Assembly: GCA_903930075.1 (NCBI GenBank) | Contig: CAIYWZ010000001.1 | Location: forward strand, 1-52,683 | From: an uncultured Alphaproteobacteria bacterium | Lineage (GTDB): Bacteria; Pseudomonadota; Alphaproteobacteria; CAIYWZ01 | DNA length: 52,683 nt | Direction: 5' to 3' | Shown here: positions 26,136 through 32,295 of the stretch, piece by piece | Numbering within the stretch: position 1 is the first letter of the stretch | Layout of the letters: the number at the start of each line of letters is the position of its first letter | The notes under the pieces: generated by a model | The model's database searches: none | What the model was told of the DNA's origin: nothing | What the model saw: only the letters and a program-made list of their open reading frames with translations | Position numbers and translations under genes: made by a program

Positions 26136-28874
26136 TTATTTTGTCATTGTCAGCAATTGCTTCGTACGTTCATTGGCTTGAACAAGCATGGCAGAGGCCA
26201 TTTGATATTGAACACTCGATGAAGTCATTCGCGTCATTGCTTCTGGAATATCCGCGTCTATGAACTCTGCAATTGCAGATTGCATGTTGATAATATTGGA
26301 TGAAAGAATATCCTTGTTCACTTCCAGTTGTTTCTGTTGTGCTCCAAGATTTGCGTAGCTTTTATTGACAGCATTCATCGCTTGATCAATCAGAGCCGAG
26401 GCTTCTTGAGCGGCAGCTTGTGTGTTGATATCTGCATTGACCATATTCAAAGCTGAAAGGGTTACAGCTGGCAGTTTGATGGTTAAAACGTCTGTTGAAA
26501 GCTCGGCGACCTGGAAATCGATTGCCAGACCTCCTCCCGAGCTGATATCAAAGATACGCTGGGAAAGAGGCGTGTTCAATTGAAACGAGTCACCAAGCAG
26601 GGCGCTCACAGCATTGGAGAAAAGCACAACTTGTTTGCCGCCGTTGCTGACGTACTTTTCATAGGTATTGATCCCGTCACTGAGTTTAAAGATCCCGCTT
26701 AGACCCGATCCCTCTGGTTTATAACTCAAAGCATATTTCCCAGGGCTTGCGGATCCACCTGAAAGAATTCCATCAATTCCTGTTGTCCCCCCTGTTGCGC
26801 CAGAGTCTGGTTTAAACTGAGCCGGCGCCGTGCCATTTTGAAGTCCAAGAAAGTTTAAAAGTGTCGTATGAAACGTCACGCCATCTGTTACCGCAGAGGC
26901 TGTTTGAGATCCATATTGGAAAACCAGCTTGTTTTCTCCATCTGTGGTGCTCATCAATTCCAGAGTGCCATTATTGCTGGGTAAACTCACGGTATTGGTA
27001 TAAACTTGGTTTCCAACCGTGATGCTCACATCAAATTGACTTCCATTGGCTTTGACCAAAGCTTTCGTTGCAATCCCTGAAATAAATCCAGTACTGCTGC
27101 TAACAGAACTCGTAAATCCATACGTTGAATCTGCAGCTAAACCATTGGCCGTGATTCCTACATTTTGAACCGCAGTTCCACCAAAAGAAATATTGTTTTT
27201 TGTGAGTAACGTTTGCAAGTTTGTTGCAAAGGTTTGCGCACTGGTAATTCCGCTTGTATTACCAGCAAAAGTGATCGTCATCGTATTTTGTGAATTTGAA
27301 GTGCTGGTCAGGGTAAAAGTACCGCCAGATGATACTTGAATAATACCTTGGTTTTTAAAAATTTCCCCATTTTCCATGGTAACGACAACTTCGTTTGCGT
27401 TAATCACACCATTTGTATAGCTATTCACTGTGGTAGTAGATACTTTTCCATTGATGGTCCCAGTAAGATTCGAGTTATTAAGAGGAGCAAAAGCCACACT
27501 AGAAGTGATGGTTTCAGAGCTGGTGCTTACAAATACTGTATCTGTGGTAAATGTTGTTGCAAAAGCAGCTGCTGCATCTGTAAAACTCGTTGTTAGTCCT
27601 GTAATATTCGAATCAAGAACAACAGAAATTGTTTTTGTGCTGTCAGTTGTGTTGGTGAGTGTGAGTATTCCATTTACGCCAGGAGTAAACGCTGTTGCAT
27701 TGCTATATATTGATCCATCAGAGAGCGTGATGCTAAATTGATTTGCATCATAGCTGACGTCAGCTGCAGGAGAATCTGTGTTGAGTCCTCCAAATAAAAT
27801 ATTCAAAGCTGTAGAAAATCCTGAAGGAGTGTTGGCTTCTGGCCAAAAGGAGTTAGCGAGAGTAACACCCGGTAAATTATCAGAAGCCGTCACAAATTCT
27901 GTAGGAGGCGTGGAAGCAACATCTGGAAGAATCGAGTCAGCATGAACTTTAATTATATTGCCGCCGGAATCATCCGGCAGGTTATAAAAAGTTAGAGTTC
28001 TCCCGGCGTTCGTTGTGCTTGTAAAGATTGTCGGGGCGCTTGATGTCATACAATCAACTGGTGTAGTAGTATTAATATAAACTTCTGTTCCGATCGTAAA
28101 ACTTACTTGGGATCCATTACTTTGAGCTGAACCAGGCATAAAATCAGCAAGATGAATATTACCACTTTTTAAAATAGTCCCGCTAAAATTGAGTGTGTCC
28201 CATAATGCTGCGCTAGCTGTGGTTGCAGGCACCATTGTGGTTGGTCCATGAACTGCTGTAACTGTTGCATTTATACCGTTGGAGGCTGTGACAGTTCCGT
28301 TAAATCCATTATAGCTTGTACCAACATTTTCCACCGTGCATATTCCTAAATTTTGAACTACAGTTCCCCCCAAAGAATGGGTTGAACTGATTGCATTTCC
28401 AGAGGCATCAAAAAGACTGACGGCTGTTCTTGCAAGGATGGCCTCTCCAGCACCGCCGGCGAGCATGGAGACGCCGTTCCAACGGGTTTGAATAGAAATA
28501 TTGTCGATAAAATCTCGAAGTTTTATGAATTCTTCTCTGGCCATCATTTTGTCGGCATTGGAGAGGGATCCGTTGATGACTTGAGAGGTCAGCGTTTTCA
28601 TACGTGTTAGAACGTTGGAGATATTTCTTAAGCTGTCAGCAGCCACTTGGATCAAGGATGCCCCTTGCGAGGTGTTTCTTGAAGCCTGCACGAGCACATT
28701 CATCGTAGAAGTAAGAGTTGCTCCGATTGCGGTTTCTGCGGCCCCATCGGATGCACGGACAATACGTGAACCAGATGCAAGCTCTGCAATTGCTTTTGCG
28801 TTTATATCCGAGCCAACTCTAATACCCCGCTGCGCGTAAATTGATGCTGTGTTTATTGTTGCTGAAATTGCAAT
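26136..28874 (-). CDS. fliC: Giant flagellin paralog 1 (912 codons if translation starts at ATT 28874; the longest canonical-start ORF is 26136..28703)
   Basis: Flagellin C-terminal domain (LGAQQKQLE...MLVQANERTKQLL). The N-terminal flagellin domain continues in frame for 57 codons above the first ATG (IAISATINTASIYAQRG...ELASGSRIVRASDGAAETAIG), with 56/70 residues identical to paralog 2. The codon aligned to the paralog-2 ATG is ATT, and the same AGAAGGAAT SD sequence lies upstream. Confidence 0.75.
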   Translation of the reverse strand: MAISATINTASIYAQRGIRVGSDINAKAIAELASGSRIVRASDGAAETAIGATLTSTMNVLVQASRNTSQGASLIQVAADSLRNISNVLTRMKTLTSQVINGSLSNADKMMAREEFIKLRDFIDNISIQTRWNGVSMLAGGAGEAILARTAVSLFDASGNAISSTHSLGGTVVQNLGICTVENVGTSYNGFNGTVTASNGINATVTAVHGPTTMVPATTASAALWDTLNFSGTILKSGNIHLADFMPGSAQSNGSQVSFTIGTEVYINTTTPVDCMTSSAPTIFTSTTNAGRTLTFYNLPDDSGGNIIKVHADSILPDVASTPPTEFVTASDNLPGVTLANSFWPEANTPSGFSTALNILFGGLNTDSPAADVSYDANQFSITLSDGSIYSNATAFTPGVNGILTLTNTTDSTKTISVVLDSNITGLTTSFTDAAAAFATTFTTDTVFVSTSSETITSSVAFAPLNNSNLTGTINGKVSTTTVNSYTNGVINANEVVVTMENGEIFKNQGIIQVSSGGTFTLTSTSNSQNTMTITFAGNTSGITSAQTFATNLQTLLTKNNISFGGTAVQNVGITANGLAADSTYGFTSSVSSSTGFISGIATKALVKANGSQFDVSITVGNQVYTNTVSLPSNNGTLELMSTTDGENKLVFQYGSQTASAVTDGVTFHTTLLNFLGLQNGTAPAQFKPDSGATGGTTGIDGILSGGSASPGKYALSYKPEGSGLSGIFKLSDGINTYEKYVSNGGKQVVLFSNAVSALLGDSFQLNTPLSQRIFDISSGGGLAIDFQVAELSTDVLTIKLPAVTLSALNMVNADINTQAAAQEASALIDQAMNAVNKSYANLGAQQKQLEVNKDILSSNIINMQSAIAEFIDADIPEAMTRMTSSSVQYQMASAMLVQANERTKQLLTMTK
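27156..27494 (-). repeat. Flagellin module A (~113 aa) in its paralog-1 position, after module B
   Basis: AFAPLNNSNLTGTINGK...ISFGGTAVQNVG is the homolog of paralog-2 residues 171-283. A second GGTxVQNxG junction motif is retained at 28344-28370. Confidence 0.7.
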
Positions 28875-28906
28875 AATCGTATTCCTTCTATTTCATTCTT
28901 ATTTTT

Positions 28907-28942
28907 AAGAACTTGGACCTTGATGATTTGTGTCAAGTTCCT
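28907..28942 (-). promoter_or_regulatory. Conserved 5' UTR stem-loop of flagellin paralog 1
   Basis: GGACCTTGA/TCAAGTTCC imperfect hairpin, homologous in position and sequence to 32133-32168. Confidence 0.4.
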
Positions 28943-28957
28943 GATATGAGTTGATTA

Positions 28958-28973
28958 TGCAAGTTTTATGCCG
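28958..28973 (-). promoter_or_regulatory. sigma54-type -24/-12 promoter candidate (paralog 1)
   Basis: The minus strand reads CGGCAT-AAAAC-TTGCA. The invariant GG and GC are at the correct spacing, with two mismatches to TGGCAC-N5-TTGCA. Confidence 0.5.
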
Positions 28974-29006
28974 TATCGGATTATTTTTTGTGATGATCGA
29001 ATAATC

Positions 29007-29492
29007 TTACTCAGCTTCTAATTTTTCTACAAAATTGGAAATGAGCGGTTCTGTGATGAGGATTTGGGCTTTGGTGATGGGGTCTGTTACATCTTCGATG
29101 GTCGAAAGGATTGCTTCTATGGAATGGGCGAGTTGAATGGCTTTTTCGTCGTCTTTATGCCAATATTCTTCTCGTTCTAGTTTTTTAGCTGTGCGTTCTT
29201 CAGGAGTTAGATCTTTCCAGGATTTTTGACGTGTTTTTAAGTTGCCGTTTTCTTTGGCCCATTTTTTATAGGATTCTTGCTTGTCTTTCATAAAGGCATC
29301 AATGAGCTTCTTAATTTCTTGAATTTTATCGTGCTGAATCTGTTCCAGAACAATTTGTAAATCAAGCGCCATTTGATTTTTTTGGATATTTGCTTTCCAT
29401 GAGGTTTTCCAATCTTTATCAGATGCAAAAGCTTCATGATTGAACCCTGCGTTCAAAAAACAGACGATCAGAATTTTATTTAAAAGCCTCAT
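29007..29492 (-). CDS. Hypothetical secreted/periplasmic K/E-rich helical protein, co-transcribed with flagellin paralog 2
   Basis: 161 aa. Sec-type signal peptide MRLLNKILIVCFLNAGFNHEAFA|SD. AAAGGTGGA SD sequence, with the ATG 16 nt after the flagellin stop. No family recognised by eye. Confidence 0.6.
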   Translation of the reverse strand: MRLLNKILIVCFLNAGFNHEAFASDKDWKTSWKANIQKNQMALDLQIVLEQIQHDKIQEIKKLIDAFMKDKQESYKKWAKENGNLKTRQKSWKDLTPEERTAKKLEREEYWHKDDEKAIQLAHSIEAILSTIEDVTDPITKAQILITEPLISNFVEKLEAE

Positions 29493-29508
29493 TTTTTATC
29501 CACCTTTC

Positions 29509-32097
29509 TTATCTTGTCATTGTCAGCAATTGCTGCGTACGTTCATTGGCTTGAACGAGCATGGCGGATGCGATTTGGTATTGAACGCTCGATGAAGTCA
29601 TGCGTGTCATTGCTTCGGGAACATCCGCATCTATAAATTCTGAAATCGCTGCTTGCATATTGATAATATTAGACGAGAGAATTTCTTTATTTACTTCCAA
29701 TTGTTTTTGTTGAGCTCCAAGGTTTGCGTAGCTTTTATTGACCGAATCCATCGCCTGATCAATCAAAGCAGATGCAGCTTGAGCAGCGGCTTGTGTATTA
29801 ATATCGGCATTGACCATATTCAAAGCCGTAAGTGTTACGGCAGGTAATTTTACGGTCAAAACGTCTGTTGAAAGTTCGGCTACCTGGAAATCGAGTTGCA
29901 AGCCTCCTCCTAAGTTGATATCAAAGATACGTTGTGAAAGCGGAGTATCAACATGGAAAGAAGCCCCCAGCATAGCACTCACGCCATTGGAAAATAAGAC
30001 GACTTGTTTTCCGCCACTGCTGACGGATTGTTCATAAATATTGATCCCATCACTGAGTTTCAAAATTCCACTCAAGCCCGATCCATCAGGTTTATAGCTT
30101 AATGCATACTTTCCTGGCGCTGCAGATCCGCCTGAGAGAATACCATCGAGTCCTGTAATCCCTCCCGTTGCACCAGAATCTGGCTTAAACTGGGCAGGAG
30201 CTGTTCCATTTTGAAGGCCTAGAAAATTGAGTAAGGTTGTATTAAAGGTCACACCATCGGTTACAGCAGATGCTGTTTGAGATCCATATTGGAAAACCAG
30301 TTTATTTTCTCCATCTGTGGTGCTCACCAATTCCAACGTTCCATTATTGGTGGGCAAATCAACGGCGTTCGTATAGACTTGATTTCCAACTGTTACTGTC
30401 ACTTCAAATTTACTTCCATTTGGTGTCACAGAAGCATTCGTTGCAATTCCTGAAATAAACCCAGTACTGCTGGTGACAGGACTTGTAAATCCATAGGTTG
30501 CATCTGCCGCTAAACCATTAACGGTGATACCGCCGGAGTTGCTGGTGGCAAAGGTCGTACTTGTTGTAAGAGTTGTTGTAAAAGCAGTTTTTGCTTCAGC
30601 GGAATTTGTGGTGAGTCCTGTAATGTTAGAGTCTAAATTTAATGTAATTGTTTTTGTGCTATCAGTTGTATTGGTCAGAGTAAGTGTGCCATTTACGGTA
30701 GGAGTAAATTCTGTTGCATTATTATATGTTGATCCATCAGAGAGTGTGATGCTAAATTCACTTGCGCCATAACTGACATCTGCGCCAGTGCTTGTATCAC
30801 TTATATTTGTGAGTGCATTGAGTGCTATAGCAAAAGCAGCAGGAGTTGTTGGAGCAGTAGCTCCGTTAGTGAATGTTATCGTCCTGCCAGCATTTGTTGT
30901 GCTTGTAAAAGTTGTGGTACCTGTTGTATTTGCAGAACTCAAAGCTGTGGTATTTGTATAAATTTCTGTCCCAATCATAAAGCTGACCTGCGAACCATTG
31001 CTGTAAGCTGAATTTGCAGTAAAATTAGCAAGCGAAACATTACCAGTTTTTGCGACTGTACTGAAGTTTCCAGCACTTGAAGTTATAGTAGAAACTCCTG
31101 CACCTGCTGCTATCAATGTAACAGAACTATTAGTAACGGTTGTAACAGTCGCATCAATACCGTTAGATGCTTTAACTGTGCCATTGAATCCATACGTTGT
31201 TGGCGTATATCCATTATAGCTTGTGACAGCATTTTTAGCAGCTGAGGTTCCAACGTTTTGAACGGAGGTTCCGCCAAAAGAGGTATTGCTTTGTGTCAAA
31301 AGTGTTTGAAGGTTGGTTGCAAAAGTTTGAGAACTTGTAATTGCACTTACACTACTCTCAAAAGTAAGAGTCATTGTGTTTTGTGAATTTGAGGTGCTGG
31401 TGAGGGTAAAAGTACCATTAGCTGCTACCTGGACCACTCCCTGATTTTTAAAAACTTCTCCATTTTCCATCGTGACAAGAATATCATTGGCATTTACCAC
31501 ACCATTTGTGTAATTTTCGATCGTGACTGTTGAAACTTTTCCATTAATTGTCCCTGTAAGGTTGGAGCTATTTAAAGCCGCAAAAGCATTGCTAACGTTT
31601 CCTGTATCAGTAATTGCGTTACCAGATCCATCGAAAAGACTCACGGCTGTTCTTGCTAGGATCGCGTTTCCAGCTCCTCCTGTGAGCATGGAGACGCCAT
31701 TCCAGCGGGTTTGAGTGGAGATGTTGTCGATGAAATCACGCAGTTTGAGGAATTCTTCCCGGGCCATCATTTTGTCGGCATCGGAGAGGGATCCGTTGAT
31801 AACTTGAGAGGTCAGCGTTTTCAGACGTGTCAGGACGTTAGAGATGTTCCTTAAACTGTCAGCGGCCACTTGAATGAGGGAAGCCCCTTGGGAGGTGTTG
31901 CGCGAGGCTTGAGTGAGAACACCCATGGTGGAAGAGAGCCTGGCTCCAATTGCCGATTCCGCCGCACCATCGGATGCACGGACAATACGTGAGCCAGAAG
32001 CGAGCTCTGCAATTGCTTTCGCGTTCGTCTCAGAGCTTTTTTCAATACCCCTTTGTGAGTAAATCGATGCGTTATTCGTTGTCGCTGAAATGGCCAT
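29509..32097 (-). CDS. fliC: Giant flagellin paralog 2 (862 aa)
   Basis: N-terminal flagellin domain (MAISATTNNASIYSQRG...LASGSRIVRASDGAAESAIG...TQASRNTSQGASLIQVA). C-terminal flagellin domain (LGAQQKQLEVNKEIL...MLVQANERTQQLL). The central region of about 600 aa is T/S/N/G-rich. Confidence 0.85.
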   Translation of the reverse strand: MAISATTNNASIYSQRGIEKSSETNAKAIAELASGSRIVRASDGAAESAIGARLSSTMGVLTQASRNTSQGASLIQVAADSLRNISNVLTRLKTLTSQVINGSLSDADKMMAREEFLKLRDFIDNISTQTRWNGVSMLTGGAGNAILARTAVSLFDGSGNAITDTGNVSNAFAALNSSNLTGTINGKVSTVTIENYTNGVVNANDILVTMENGEVFKNQGVVQVAANGTFTLTSTSNSQNTMTLTFESSVSAITSSQTFATNLQTLLTQSNTSFGGTSVQNVGTSAAKNAVTSYNGYTPTTYGFNGTVKASNGIDATVTTVTNSSVTLIAAGAGVSTITSSAGNFSTVAKTGNVSLANFTANSAYSNGSQVSFMIGTEIYTNTTALSSANTTGTTTFTSTTNAGRTITFTNGATAPTTPAAFAIALNALTNISDTSTGADVSYGASEFSITLSDGSTYNNATEFTPTVNGTLTLTNTTDSTKTITLNLDSNITGLTTNSAEAKTAFTTTLTTSTTFATSNSGGITVNGLAADATYGFTSPVTSSTGFISGIATNASVTPNGSKFEVTVTVGNQVYTNAVDLPTNNGTLELVSTTDGENKLVFQYGSQTASAVTDGVTFNTTLLNFLGLQNGTAPAQFKPDSGATGGITGLDGILSGGSAAPGKYALSYKPDGSGLSGILKLSDGINIYEQSVSSGGKQVVLFSNGVSAMLGASFHVDTPLSQRIFDINLGGGLQLDFQVAELSTDVLTVKLPAVTLTALNMVNADINTQAAAQAASALIDQAMDSVNKSYANLGAQQKQLEVNKEILSSNIINMQAAISEFIDADVPEAMTRMTSSSVQYQIASAMLVQANERTQQLLTMTR
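31249..31587 (-). repeat. Flagellin module A (~113 aa) in its paralog-2 position, directly after the N-terminal domain
   Basis: AFAALNSSNLTGTINGK...TSFGGTSVQNVG is the homolog of paralog-1 ORF residues 404-516. Confidence 0.7.
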
Positions 32098-32132
32098 AAT
32101 CTTTATTCCTTCTAGTTTATCATTCTTTATGT

Positions 32133-32168
32133 AGGAACTCGAACCTTGATGATTTTTATCAAGTTCCT
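32133..32168 (-). promoter_or_regulatory. Conserved 5' UTR stem-loop of flagellin paralog 2
   Basis: GAACCTTGAT/ATCAAGTTC stem with one bulge and a 7-nt loop. An alternative outer pairing is AGGAACT/AGTTCCT. Confidence 0.4.
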
Positions 32169-32183
32169 GACAGGAGTTGGTTA

Positions 32184-32199
32184 TGCAATTCCTGTGCCA
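32184..32199 (-). promoter_or_regulatory. sigma54-type -24/-12 promoter (paralog 2)
   Basis: The minus strand reads TGGCAC-AGGAA-TTGCA, a perfect match to TGGCAC-N5-TTGCA, about 85 nt upstream of the ATG. Confidence 0.65.
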
Positions 32200-32295
32200 A
32201 GATTTAAAAATGGAGAAATTTTATTGTTAATACTTTGTTTACCGAACACTTTTAAGATCAATTTAATCACGACTCAATGAGAAGGTAGTTATATT

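Noticed and set aside
26136-28703. Reading flagellin paralog 1 as a dead pseudogene or as a genuinely N-terminally truncated 855-aa protein.
   Set aside because: The reading frame is intact for all 912 codons. The 57 upstream codons are conserved at the protein level. The SD sequence, sigma54-like promoter and UTR hairpin are all retained. I therefore report it as a probable full-length gene with a non-canonical or recently mutated start, not as a pseudogene.
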